54,041 nt of DNA from Bigelowiella natans CCMP2755. Lineage: Eukaryota; Protista; Cercozoa. The notes under the pieces were generated by a model. The model saw nothing but the letters and a program-made list of their open reading frames with translations, did no database searches and was not told the DNA's origin. The position numbers and the translations under genes are program-made. Below, piece by piece: positions 38,121 through 51,840 of this stretch (positions within the stretch are counted from its first letter, which is position 1; each line of letters begins with the position of its first letter). The stretch spans positions 1-54,041 of the forward strand of contig ADNK01003127.1 in NCBI GenBank assembly GCA_000320545.1, read 5' to 3'.

Positions 38121-38476
38121 GATGCTGTGCGAAATGGAAAACGAAGGAAATATCTTCTTTTCAGGCTTAGCCAGAGTGAGTTTTCGTACTTAAAAGCGTA
38201 AAACACCCTGCATTTCTGTGGTTATCCGAGATTCAAAGGCTCAAGCAGCCAATAAATAGGGCCCAGAAAACAAAACAGAGTTCGGACAAAATCGCTGACC
38301 CTTTTTTGACATATCTACCAAAGAGCACCGGGAGGCCGTTAGGCAGTATTTTGCGCTGAAAACTTCCTACAAGTAACGTGATATCAGAACGATAAAATTA
38401 GATTAAAATTCACACCGATAATATCCTAAACAGTGATATCCTCTATGTAAACTCAAGGTAAGCAGGGCACGCCCCC

Positions 38477-41432
38477 ATGGATGCACCTTCGTCGTCGTCG
38501 ACGACGTCGTCGACAAAGCCGTCGATCTCACGCCATGAGGTACATGCTTCGTTTACAATGAGGGACGATTTCCGAAGGGAAATCAAATTTCATGTTGAAG
38601 AGGGTTCCGTTCCAGGATGACGACGAAGACGACAACGACGATGGCCACACAAACACTTGCACTCTTCTTCTTACATGCGAATTCTCCCGCTTATACCTAT
38701 AACAGATGCGAACCCTGCCTTTGTGTGCAGACTGCGTAGAGTTTTGCCCTTTTCCAGAGGTACTTTTCCAGGCACTAATGTCACTATGTGTGCATCATTG
38801 AGCCTCATCTGAAGTCTCACCAGGTGCTCTCCGATGGGGAAGGCAAAACATCGTCAAGTGAAGGTGCTGAACGTATCCCCGACATATTCGTGTGTGGCAA
38901 CTATCACCTGGACGAGCAGTCGAAAAAGAAGCAGGGAGCAATCTTCACATACGCATGCCGCAAGGTCCGCTGTGTACTTGACACACAAAACGCCGTGCAT
39001 GGTGTTAGGAAACACGGCAAACAGAGAGGCATTCGAAAGATATTGCTTTATCGGAAATATATCTTCCCCTCTCGTGACCTTATTATCATCCAACTGACGC
39101 ATTCTCTCTGGTCTTTCCCTGTTTCATCTGCTCCGAAGGATGAGAAATCAAAAGGTTCCCCGGACCGTCAAATCAAATCACAGTACGCGCTTCAGCAGCT
39201 CGCAATGAGAAGCACGTCGGCTATTTTCGATCTAAAGTGGTGTCCAAAGGTTTGATTAGTTGACTGTTTGCTCATTGATTCCGCAGTGATTGAGTGCGCG
39301 TCAACAAACCAAACTTGAGCTTTGGAAAAAATCATATTTATGATTCGTTTTAGAACATCTCGGAGAAGGGGGTCATACTCGCCGAGGCTGCTGAGGTAGC
39401 ACTATTCTTCCTAATCCATACACTCATTCAAGTGTGGATATTACCTTACATCTCTTATTATTACCAATTCTGCCGTATCTATGGTGTCAGGATGGATTCT
39501 TAACAATATACAAATTTTCAAGAGGAGCGGGGAAAGGAGGAGGAGGAAAAGGCATCGGGCAGAAAGAAGGGGAGGGCAAGGAAAGCAAGGAGGGAAACAG
39601 CGGGAAAGACCAGGCTGATGCAGTCATCTCAACCAGTATTTTGTCTAAGATAAAAGTGGGCGCCTAACACGACTAACACTCGCACCGCAATCGAAACAAG
39701 AGTTTCCCCCCAAACATTTTAACATCCGAGAGGAGTACAAATCCAATGTGAATCAAACCCCGGGACTGATCGTGCAAGCTGAGCAGCGGAACAGCCATCA
39801 GCGCTCTCCGTCTCGCTTGTGTCTGTCCGCGCAATATCATATCAACACCATTCCTTTTGAATGGGGCGTGAGCGACCAGAGCACGCGTTTTCATATATAG
39901 TAAACGCTGGCGTCGTTTAAAATAAACGCAGCTGCTGGCAGTTGTTATTCTAGAGACCAAATGATGATGATGATGATCTGTGACTTTACAGGTGGTTGAT
40001 TCCAAGCCATGCCTGTCTCTAGACTGGAGCTCCTTATCCCCAACACAGAGCGACAACGCAAACAAGGCTACTCCGTCTGGCTCTCCCGTTGAAATGCAGG
40101 TCAGTACCAGCTTCTTCGCCTTCCAAGGAAGAATGTGCCAGCAGATGTGACGACTATATCCGTATTTCTTTTTTCGCTTGAAACATCGTTTGCGCCTCCT
40201 TCGTCCTCATCGTAGCCAGCGTCCTCACCATCTTCAAAATCAGATCTGCGTGAGCCAGGGCGATAAGGCCGTTTCCTTGTGGAGACTGTCCAAATCGCAC
40301 AGCTCGTTGGTCAAAACCGCTCAGTGGGAGGCGCACTCGATCGACGAGGTCTGGGCCTGCAACTTCGATCCGTTCGACGCAAACGTACTCTACACTGGCG
40401 CCGATGATTGGTAACGATGCAGGGGGGAGGAGGAGGAGGAGGGGAGGGGGGAGGGGGGGGTGAGTTGAAACATGGTGGAATCCTCATCACGTCCATCTGC
40501 GTGACGTGTCTATGTGCGTGTGTGTGTGTGTGTGTGCGTGTGTGTGTGTGTGCGTGTGTAGATTCTTGACTATTACAATCATAAACCCGAACGCTGAGCA
40601 TTCGTGCATGAGATGTCGTCTCATTGTTTTCGTCGTCGTGGCTGTTCTTCTTCCCCCCTCCCCTTCCTCACGATGGCATTTTCACAATGGCCCGATCGAT
40701 CAGCAAATTCAATATATGGGATATTCGAGGGGGGGGGGGCAGTGGAGGGCCTGTCGTAGCCAATGGCAATCATGAGGCAGGTGTCACCGTTATCGCCCCC
40801 CACCCTTCCTACGAGCATGTACTGGCCACGGGTAGCTATGATGAGAAGGTGGTACTCGTATTAGTATTGGTAGTAGAAGTAATAATGGGGGTAGTGAGAG
40901 TAAAGCAGCAGCAGTAGGATGGAGAAGGGGGAAGGGTGACGATATATATATATATATATATCACTTCATAATAATCCCCATCATGGCTATCATGCCTCTT
41001 CCTCCCCCCCTTTTGCTATTCCGCTCGGACAACTTCTTCGCATCTAGGTCCGCGTGTATGACAAGCGCAACTTTTATCGCCCTCTGAGCACCTTCGAGAC
41101 GGGTGGCGGCGTGTGGCGCTTGCGCTGGAATAAATCGGTTGCGCTCAAAGACTAATACAGATTCTCTCCACAAGCTAATATATGTGTTTTGTGCGAATAT
41201 GCGCTCGCGCACATCTGGCATGATCTTGGTGTCGCTTGGCTGGCAGAGTGGATTTGAAGACCGGCTGCTCACTGCGTGCATGCGGGCGGACTTCCAGATC
41301 CTCAATTTCAGCAAGGAGAAATCGGTGGTGAAGTGAATAGTAGTCCAGCTGCTTTCCTCTGTGTATCACACCTAGACACATATGCACACAATGAACGTTC
41401 TTTTTCGCACAAAACCACAGAGTAATACACAA

Positions 41433-41474
<42 letters not shown>

Positions 41475-41818
41475 TTTCACACTCACACGCATTTGATGAG
41501 ATGGTAATCGACAATAGGACTTCAAGCTCCTGTGCCGTTATGAAGAACATGGTGCTCCAGATGTCACGAAGCTGGCGTACGGATGTGATTGGTACCTTCA
41601 AAAGGATTCTCGTTTTAAACTAGTCTACTCTTTTTTGGAATGTGAATAATGGTGATGATGATGGCGGTGGTGGTGATGATGATGATGATGATGGCATGTG
41701 ATCATCGCACGTCTTTTCATTTCTACTGCCGTCATTTAGGGGGTACAAGGATCCATGCCTGGTGGGCTCATGTTCCTTTTATGACAAACAGCTCCATCTA
41801 TGGAGCATCGTCAAATAG
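38477..41818 (+). CDS. DPH7: Diphthine methyl ester hydrolase (WD40, WDR85/RRT2); multi-exon
   Basis: LCADCVEFCP, VCGNYHLDE, AIFDLKW, CLSLDWS, WEAHSIDEVWACNFD, LYTGADD, HEAGVTVI, LATGSYDEKVRVYDKR, GGGVWRLRW, LLTACM, LAYGCDW, SCSFYDKQLHLW. Confidence 0.92.
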
Positions 41819-42529
41819 ACGATGATATGTAGCTTATCAGTGATCAAGGCCACAAAACTGCTCAGCTGAGAAATAATAGAGGCAAATTTGCTTAGCGCAG
41901 GTTACATCAGCCCTGCTAGCCTGCTGCTTCCTAATAGACATGATTATGTGTATATATGCTGATAGCTCTAGAGCTGCACACTCTATGTGATAGCAAATCA
42001 ATCAGGAAGACGATGTATGAGTACTTGCTGCTAGCGTATACCTGTCGGCATAGCAGCGCACCCTGCTCTGTGCTACACGCCGTATATACGTACGTGTCTT
42101 GTTGTTTTGTTTATTGATCGAGCTGATTTGATGCGCAAGAGGCGCGTGTTATTTTGCGTGCGATGTTGCATGCTCTAGTGCTGCAATATATAGCAAGATG
42201 AGAGCAATTATCGTGTCATGTCTAAGTCTGCCGCAAATAATCAGCATTTGTGATAAATGCTGCCCGCTAGCACGTTCAGCACAAACATATTTCTTAATAA
42301 TGTTATTAAGTTCGCCGATGTGTGAGCTCCTGGCTGCTAAGCTGGCGAATGCGACTGCCCACGTACGGAAATGCATCGGGCGCTGCCTATCGATTTTTAG
42401 TCTCACTACTGCTACTTACAGCGTGTAGCACATTAATTGCATTGGATCTTGATGATGCGCCTTCGATGTGGTTGATCGCTTTATTAGCCCCTGGCGGGAC
42501 CGAAACGTCGAAGTTAATAAATTGAACAT

Positions 42530-42863
42530 TCACAGGGCGCTGCGAATCATATACGCCGCCCCGGCAGCTAGGGAGGTTGCTGCAGCATAGGATGTTCGAG
42601 TGAGGATCTTGTCCTGAAAATAGAGAAAATGATCGTTATGAGGATCTCGCTGCGCAGATGAAATCGACCCACGATGCGTACGCGGGAAGTGACTGACCTG
42701 CTCTGCCTCTCGCGCAATGACATCATCGTAAGGAATTCGGGTGAATGTCACCATCTTATACAGCGGGATCCACCAGTCGGGAAAGAGATAGTTCAGTACG
42801 CCTTCCAATTTCTTGCGAAGCAGGAACAGCCGTGAGCCTGATCGAGGCCACAACCCCCGCACC

Positions 42864-42908
<45 letters not shown>

Positions 42909-44753
42909 GATGAAATGTTTTCACAGGGCGACATGGGGACTTGCACGATGTTGCTGTGAGGGACAGAAGAAGCAAAGTAATATGGAAATCGAGAAACCCC
43001 CTCCTCCTCCTCCTCCTCCTCCTCCTGCTGCTGCTGCTGCTGGCTGGTATATAAGTTGATAGCAGTGGTTCGAGGTGGTTGCGGTGGTACCAATAAATTT
43101 CACTATTATTTTAGTAATTTGGAAAGCTCTGCAGTATCGATCAGAAGGTTGTTTTTGAACAAGATAAAAAAAAACACTGGAATAAATACTAACAACCATC
43201 ACATCATCTGAGCAGCTGCCCCCCCCACCCCTCCCCCTCCCCCTCCTCCTCCTCCTCCCTAACCTGTATGATGTCGCATTTCGAGGTAGTTCCCCATGCT
43301 AAGCTTCGCGATGGCTCTGCCAGCGGGTTCCCTAGCGTTGATATGGATGTGTACAGCAAAATACAGATCAGTGTGTATATTTTTCATTTCAAGAGAACGT
43401 CGAGGAAACACCATCTTGGCTGCCTTGATCGTGTTAGTATTAGTAGTAGTAATAATAGTACTAGTAGCAGCAGCAGCAGTAGCAGTTGTTGTTGTTGTTG
43501 TTGTTGTTGTCATTGCGTATTTGTTAGTCGCACCTTTTCTTCACGAATTCCGGCACGGTGCTCGAGATATCGAGGGAGTTCGCCTCGAGGATCTCATCTA
43601 GGAGAAGGCAGTCCTCAAAAGCAGCATTCATCCCCTGATGATGGTGATGATAATGACGATGATGATGATGGTGGTGGTGATAAAGAGACTGTGAGCCAGG
43701 AGAAGGAGGGGGGAGGGAAGGGAAGGAGGACGAATCAATTGGCCATATATCGGATTTCCTTAATACAAATCAAGGTTTGCAGAAATACGAGAGTAAAGCT
43801 GATGCCGGTCTCTCTCTCTCCTCTCTCTTGTATTCTAGTTTGTAAAACTAGCGCCCACCTGCCCATAGAAGGGTACCATAGCATGCGCCGCGTCTCCCAC
43901 GAGGGACGATGTTATCCTTGTAGTTCCATGGGGAGACTTTGACTTGCACTGAGGAGAGAGAGATAGATGATGAAGATGATAAAGATGACTACAAACAATG
44001 ATAAATGATAATCGCAGTGCAAGCTCTACTTTCTCTCTTCGGCCATGAACATGTTGCTGCAGCTACCACCACCACCACTACTCTAGTCGTAGATGTATAT
44101 ATTTTGAGGATGGAAAGACGTCGAAGGAAGCTTTTGAGAGCTTCTGTGGTGGTAACCACTGGATCATAGTACAGGTCATTATCTTTGAGAGAGTGGTTCA
44201 TCGTCTCCACTATTATCGTCTCCACTACCGAGCGAGCAGGTGGGGTTCTGCTGGAAGTCCCTCACGTAGTCAGGCATCACTCGCACCGCATCAGGAAAGT
44301 GCGCCTTCATATAGGCCTGGATTTCCTCTGATGAGGGAAAGAGAGATAAATAATGAGAGGGGGGGAGAAGGGGGGGGGAGAGAGAGGCCAAACAGTGAGA
44401 TTGTTTTCGTCGTGATATACATCGAATCTGACTATTTATTCTTCATCAAAGAACCAGGGCTGTTGATGTCTTTGAGGCCTTGCACGCCATTCTCGGTGTG
44501 AAAAGGAGCAAAGATCGTGCACGTGAACGTTTTGTCCGGGTTCGGCAGCGCAATCATCATGAAGTCCCCCCTGGAGAAGGAGAAGGAGAGACAAGGAGGA
44601 GGAGGAGGAGGAGGAGAGGAAAGGGGAGGGGATAGGAGAGGCGATTTAATACGGCGAATTAATATATCTCAGCACTTCTGGCTTGCTCATCATTGCCGCA
44701 TTGATCGTCACCATCCGATTGCAACTGCTGCTGCTAGTACTGCTACAACCGCC

Positions 44754-44790
<37 letters not shown>

Positions 44791-46325
44791 AGTGACTACC
44801 GTGGCCATATATGGAGGGCCTCATGGTCTTTCAAGGCAAATTTACCACTTTGGGGGGGGATCGTCAACTCCTTATACCCGTGCTGTGTTGTTGTGGTAAG
44901 TAGTAGTAGAGGCCAGGATCATGGTAGCAGTAGAAGAACAATAATAAGAAGAAGAGCTCACTACCACGATTATTTAGGATGAATCAAAGGTTCTACAATG
45001 GAAGGCTTTCCTCCTCCTTTACTGCCGTTTATATATATATTTAGCGATGTTAACACAAATAACCGTGATATAGCTTCTTTCGAAATTCGTTTCTTGTAGC
45101 CGCAGCATTGATTCTCTTACCGCAGAGTATGCGCCATCTGCCCCCACCTTACAAAATAAGCATATTGTTCGAAATTGGCAATCGTCAGTCATATATCGAG
45201 GAGGGGGGTCTTGATCATTTCATCATTCGTCGTTTTCGTCGTCATCACTCACTATTAGCCTAGCTTTGAGCTGGTATGATCCTTTCGAGTAATCGTTGTA
45301 CGTGTTTACGCTTTCGCCAGAAGACTTGTTGTCAAAGTGAGCCACCTGCACGAAACCAACCACCACCGCAGCACACATGTGAGAGATCGTCGAAATGGCG
45401 GCGCTTCGTCGTATCCAGGGACAAGGGCGGCGCGGAGCAATGGATGCGTGCGAGTGAGAGTGAGAATGAGACGTACGTACCCCTTTGCGATCGATGTGCA
45501 TCAGCTTGTGCTGAAACCTGACCTTCACTTTCGGGTTCGCCTCCAGCAGCTGCAGAAGGAAGTTGTTGAGCAGCTCTCGTGATATCGAGTAGATGCAGTT
45601 CGAAGGATCGTTTTCATCGTACGGCTGGAAGCTGTCCGCGTCAGGGGATTTTGAGTCCTTCTCCGTGTGTATGGCTCGGCACCGCATCGGAATTGCATGC
45701 TTCAGAATCTGATCACAATAATCAAACTAAATATATCGTAACGAAGTTGCAGTAGTAAGTAACCACATTCCGTGCATACATCCCATAGCTATATGAGTTG
45801 TTTATCAGAACCACCTTTTGCTCGACCCCCACCTTCCGGAGGGCAGATCTCCCACGATGGGAGAGCGCCAGGTTGATAGATCTTTTGATGTTGCTCCGGT
45901 GGAGATCGTCTACCCCCTTTCAACGAATATTAAAAACAACATCGTGAGGAGGCTATATGATTTGGAGGGCGGGGTAGGAGGAGGAGGAGGAGGAGGAGGA
46001 GGAGGAGGAGGAGGAGGAGGAGGAGGAGGAGGAGGAGGAGAATAGGCACGAAATGCACATCATCATACCTGGGGTTTGGTCTTCCTCCAATCCTCGCCAC
46101 TTTCGAAGATCTCTACGTTGAAGCCCCTTCGAGCAAAGAGAAGGGCCGACATGCATCCAGCCTGCCAACCATACAACACGAAGCACACTCACTACATCGT
46201 GACAGTGCAGTAGTAAGGCTGATAAAACTGCGAACGTGGAAAGGAAACATTACCAGTCCACACCCAACGACTGCTATCACAGCTGGATCCTGCTTTCGGC
46301 TCTCTCCTCGAGAAGTAGAAGTCAT
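42530..46325 (-). CDS. KMO: Kynurenine 3-monooxygenase; multi-exon
   Basis: IAVVGCGL|[87 protein letters not shown]|[29 protein letters not shown]. Confidence 0.96.
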
Positions 46326-46700
46326 GTTTGTGCGATGATTCAATCCAAGCGCAACCGATGGAGTCTCTGCTCCCGTGTTTTGATATGCCTTCCGGTTGCT
46401 CGATTTGGGTTGGGGGTGAGAGAGCGAGTGGTGTGAGGAGCACGAGTACGGAAAGCACCGAGGAATCTCGGAGAATCTCGAAGACTTCTACACGCTATTT
46501 TATCGGCTTTTACCTGTCACTAGCGCCTACCACCCGATATTGAAATGAATTAAAAAAAGGTAAGGTCTTCCTAGCCGTTGAACTTCGGAAATCTTAGGTA
46601 AAATCGTCTATGATTCATCGGTTACGACGTCATTTGGAAGCGTAATTGCGTTGTAAATTCCCAATACTCCGACATCTCTCCCCTCCCCTTTGTCCCATCA

Positions 46701-48856
46701 ATGCCGAAGCAAGCTAATGCAAAGCCTTGCAAAAAGTGCAATCAACCCGCCCTCGCCGGCAACTACGGATTCTGTGCAGTCCATAGAGACCCACAGAGAC
46801 GGCGCGCGAAGAAACGACCCGAGGAGCCAAAGAGAGGGATCGACGACAGCGACGCTACCTTGGTAGACTCTACATTTCAGAGTTCATTCGCACGTTCCCA
46901 TGGAGGATACTTGAGCGACAGCCAAGCGACAATCGTTAGCTCGACGTTTGCCTCCACCATCAACAATACAACCCTGCAAAGCCCAGTTTCTACCAGTGGA
47001 AGGATGGTAAGTTTCCACAAACTACAATCAGAAATAGGAGGAGACTTCGGCACTCCAGCAAGCATATCGCACGGATTCAGAAGCCCGTATGTTACGACCG
47101 GCGGGGTACATAGAAGAAGTTCTTTGAAACCGCCGTCGTCCATTCGTTCGACCATAACAAGATCCGGCAGGAGGAAACCTTTGGCTGACCTCTCTAGCTC
47201 AAATGCAAAGCGATTTAGGAATAATAATAATACAGCCAATGCAGCAGCTGGGAGAGGTTTTATTAAAGATACGACGATACAGAAGTCGGGAAATAGATTT
47301 TTCGGAAAGCCGAGCACCAACGCTATCATCACCCCTATTCGCTTTAAGTTACCACCTGGAAAAGAAAACAAGTCGTCATCATCACCCGGATTTGCAATGC
47401 CCACACCTACGTCAATGGCTTCTTTGCGGAAGAAGATCGATAGTAATAAATCGAGTGGAACTTTAACTAGTAGCAAAGACTGCTCTATGGTCCGAGGCCC
47501 CTCGTGGTTTCTCAACTGGCGAACCTATACGGTGGTGGTGGTGGTGGTGGTGATGATGATGATGGTGATGGTGATGGTATTCTATTGCACCTGAAAATAG
47601 CAGATGCCATCTGCTCATAATGATATGCTCTTTCTCTTTTCTTTGATGTTATATGTAATCTAGAGCGAGGATGTGGACTGTTTCCTACGCCAGAACGGGT
47701 ATTATTGCATATGTAGCAGCAACAGCAGCAGCATCGGCCCTGACACACCAGAAAATAAAAACACAAATTATGAGTGAAAAATGCAGTAGTGTGAAAGGAT
47801 GATACCTCTTGTTAGTTAGTAGACACGCAAAGTAGTATCTTATAGCAAGAATAAGAACATTGACTGGATTCTTCTCAGGCTGCATGAGCTTGCAGGCGTT
47901 CTCCACATCGACGGACCGAACTTCTTACACATCAACCTTCAAGGTGATAATCTTGGGTACAACGATATAATCATGCGAGGAATAGGGAAATGGAACCAAT
48001 AAAACAGCATCAAGATATCTTAACATTATTGGGATTAGATGATGACTCAGAATTAACAACTAGGGCAGTTTCGCAGGGCAAATCATCGGTGTTTCCTGTC
48101 TTTGCCAGAACATCTTTAAAGACGTGCATCCAATTTTCAAATTCATTTTTCGGAGCAAAGAAACCCGATTGCTTATACAAGAAACACAATCATTTTTTGG
48201 CTATGTTCGATAGGTCTCCTCGCCACTCCCTTGGTTATTGCCTGCCATGAGGCGATTCACAGGGAAATCTTCTCCAAGGTACTGTACACCCCTGGTCAAA
48301 TGTCTAATTTCTGCGCTACCTCATGGCCTCCCCTTTTTTCTTGCACGTGATTAAACGTCATCGTCGTAAACATCACCATCGTACTTTGTTTCGCAGCTCT
48401 GCCCAGAATTCGCAATCAACTTCAAGCTGTGGCACACGACAGAGGGCCACCCGTACTATCAAGATCTGAAGGACCTGGTAGTACGTTATTCTACACACAC
48501 ATGCTTGCATTTATTCACTTTGTTTTCGACCCAAAAAAAAAGCAGAGGGAGATTTGTTTTGTTTGTGGCTGATTATGTGGCAAATATCGCTCAAAATCAG
48601 GCAAAAACACAGTGGAAGCGCCCGATCTGTTTGCGGGAGAAACTGGATGCAGCGGGGTTGTCCCGTCAGGTAATCTATGTGTTCTTATGCATTTTGCCCT
48701 GCGTTCTAGTCTCTACTTTATGCCTGAAGTGAGTCGTTACTTTGAAGGCTGTGCAAAGTGGAAGGCTGCTCCCACGCAATCTCCTTCCTGCAGATGATGT
48801 CGAGGGCCGCATTGCGCCGTTTGCTTCGCAGCACTCGTTCTCGACCGGGGCTGTGA
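46701..48856 (+). CDS. Uncharacterised protein: N-terminal C3H zinc finger, disordered linker, SAM-like domain; multi-exon
   Basis: CKKCNQPALAGNYGFCAVH; Ser/Thr-rich linker; spliced WRTYT|SEDVDCFLRQNG|LHELAGVLHIDGPNFLHINLQ|GL fits the SAM pattern (W..edV..wL...GL......IDG..LL). Confidence 0.55.
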
Positions 48857-49620
48857 AGCCCTTCCCACAGCGGCCACGATACACAACGTTGATCCGCTAG
48901 TCGCAGGGTGTGCATGCAGTTGAACGAAGTTCAGTCGCGGATGCAATAAGCTGCAAAGCTGTCACTCTAGCTAGCACTGCTAGACTGCCAGCAGTGCTAG
49001 ACTGGAAGCTATCTAATTCTAGAAATCTAAATTTGCCATTCTATCCACAATAACGACTACGAAGAAGCTGACGAGCTAGTGAGCCGCAAGGTTTTGCATG
49101 TCTAGATGTACGTACGCGAGCGCATGCATAACTAGATAAGCTTAGCCGCGGCGATTGTACGCAATGAGTCGTTTCGAATACGATTGCATGTGTGGCGCAC
49201 GATATTGCAGAAATTGATTCGCAATACCTATATACATTATAGATTGGGAAGCTCTAGTTGTGGCCAATCGAATAACTCTAGAACTTGAAAAACAGGGGGG
49301 TTTGCATGGCGCGAGCCTTCATGATGAGCGATACGATGGCTGAACGTTACGCACGCAAAAATAGCACGTACGGTACACGAGTAATCAACACCCTCTAATT
49401 CGTTGTGGTTGTCAGCATGTTCTAGCGTCATTTCTAGATTTGCTGCTGCGGAATCAAGCATAGCAAGCTAGCAAGGCTAGAAGGGGTTCAGGACTAAATC
49501 TGGGGCCACACCAAACTCATCGAGTTCCAAGACCATCGATCTAGCTAGCTAGCCATGCAATTAATTTCAAGTTATCGTTCGTCAAAATAAACGTCTTCTT
49601 ACACAATATATCTAGATAGA

Positions 49621-49701
49621 TATCTAGATATGCTGGCAATCCTACTATCCCAAACATCTATCTAGATATGCTGGCAATCCTACTATGCCAAACTATCTAG
49701 A
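49621..49701. repeat. ~38-bp tandem duplication in intergenic DNA
   Basis: TATCTAGATATGCTGGCAATCCTACTAT(C/G)CCAAAC occurs at 49621 and 49659. Confidence 0.85.
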
Positions 49702-49721
49702 CACATCCATCTAGCCATTGC

Positions 49722-49845
49722 ATAGCTGCATGAGGATGACCATTGAACAAATTGAATTTGCTTCATTACATCCGTCTTACATTCATCTAGACCATTGAAA
49801 AGATTCAATCACTTCTAGACCTCATTACATCTGTCTCTCATTCAT
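49722..49845 (+). repeat. Dispersed repeat copy plus partial tandem copy
   Basis: GCTGCATGAGGATGACCATTGAA...TTCATTACATCCGTCTTA, followed by GACCATTGAA...CTCATTACATCTGTCTCTCA. Confidence 0.7.
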
Positions 49846-49901
49846 CCACATGTGCTAGTATGTGTATGAGGCGTCGATGATCCCAAAGCAGGCCTCTCCC
49901 T

Positions 49902-50240
49902 CTAAGTTATGAGCCGCAGTGCGCTATGAGCAAGGTTTTTCAGCTCCGGATCGGCAGAGACCGCTTTGTGGATCTCACTCAACTCCATTGGGAGAGCGTC
50001 AGCCTCCCCATGCCTCCCACTCACTCTCAGTAAATCCTCGAGCTTATAGTAGCCCATAGCCGCTGCCTGCACGTCGAGCGGGCGGTCCCCTTCTTCCCGG
50101 TCTCTGCTCATCTGATGAAGCGATTGGCGCAAAAGCGTCGCGATGATACTTACCTACTCGAGCCACGTTCACACATCCGCATACAGGCCGGTCAGGGCGA
50201 GGAGGGGGGCGACGTAGATGGAAGGCAACGTCTTGTGCGT

Positions 50241-50287
<47 letters not shown>

Positions 50288-51104
50288 TTTCAATGAAATT
50301 ATAGTTTCAAACCTTTGGAACGCCACTGTACTGGCCTAATAGTTGTGCCTACGATGGAGAATATTCATACAAATGTCAAGGAGGACGCGGAGGAGGAAGT
50401 GGGAAATGTGCAAAAAAGAACCCCCCCCCCCCCTCCGGGGGGAGGAAAGGGCGGGGGGGACCTGATTAAGTAGCATAGTTGTGTTCGATCGCTCTCGAAG
50501 TATTCTCCAAAACCTGCAAAAGCATTGATTTATTGCCCACCCCCTTTTTCCAGGTGCACATGATGCCGAGACATCGGCCGATTATCCCACATATAGGGAT
50601 GAAGCAAGCACCAAGTAAAAGCATATTCGTCTCTCTCGCGGGGCTAGTGGGAGGCTCGAAATGACGATGAAGTTGACTCCGACGTAGAATGACTTCGCTA
50701 CGACGAAAATCACTTCGGAAAAGGGGAAGGGGGGGCGGGGATTGGCTATTCAGCACGCCGCTCTCTTAGCAGCAGCAACAACAGCAGCGGCCTTGGCATC
50801 AGTATTATTTCAACGCTAAGCTTACGAAGAAGGGAATAAAACAACAACAACAACAACAACAACACACAATGCCGGGGGAGAGCCACGTACATGTGCATTG
50901 CTCCCGACAAGTCAAGATCGGAATCGTAGTCGATTTGCAGGTAGGCCTATCACGGGATGATGAGGTTATCATTGCTGTTGGTGTTGCTTCATCATTCGCG
51001 AACACAACCCCAGCATAATTATATGCACGCGGCAAGAAGAATGGTGATAAGTATACCATGCAATGGTGGAAATCCGCCTCTGTGATATTCAGCGATGCCT
51101 CCAT

Positions 51105-51159
<55 letters not shown>

Positions 51160-51798
51160 CTTTCTCTCCCCTCCCCCCACCCACAGCTCATTGCAATATA
51201 CGCTGCTGCTGCTGCTGCTGCTGCAAACTACTACCTGAGCCAGCTTGGTATATGCCCTGACCCTCATCTCAGCATCACCATCGATGTATGCAATGGCTGC
51301 CGCGTAACCAAACTCATTCCTCGCGCTTGTCACGTTACTGGGGGAAAGTAGAGGGGGAGGAGGTGTATGACAAAAAGCAAACAAAACACGCTCGTCCTCC
51401 TCTTTCTTCTCCCCCCCCCCCCCATTGTGTTGGTCGCCATAGCAGTACCATCGTTCTCTGCTCGCCGTGGGGACAAAAGCACCCATAAACTATCATCTAA
51501 CCATTTACTGGACTTTTGCCTCAGCTTCCTCCTTCTCCCCACTCCCCCCCCCCCCGCGCTACCCTCCCCCCTGACCACCTATTCTGCAAGAAAGAATAGC
51601 CTCTGTTTATGTGGGAGTCGAAGGTCCTTCTCTCGGATGACTCTTGCCAGCCCTGCTGCCGCAATAACCGCAAGACGAAGGAGAAAAAGAAGAAGAAGAT
51701 GATGATGACGATGATGATGATGATGATGATGATGAAGGCGGTCGTCGCTCAGCGGTAAGAGGGAATGGTGCCGAAAATATACGCACGTGCACATACAC

Positions 51799-51840
<42 letters not shown>

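Noticed and set aside
6231-46325. Metabolic gene cluster (B12, redox, kynurenine, tRNA/diphthamide modification)
   Set aside because: The functions and predicted compartments are unrelated, with no shared pathway.
46877-47515. 212-aa minus-strand ORF
   Set aside because: Antisense to exon 1 of the Zn-finger/SAM gene.
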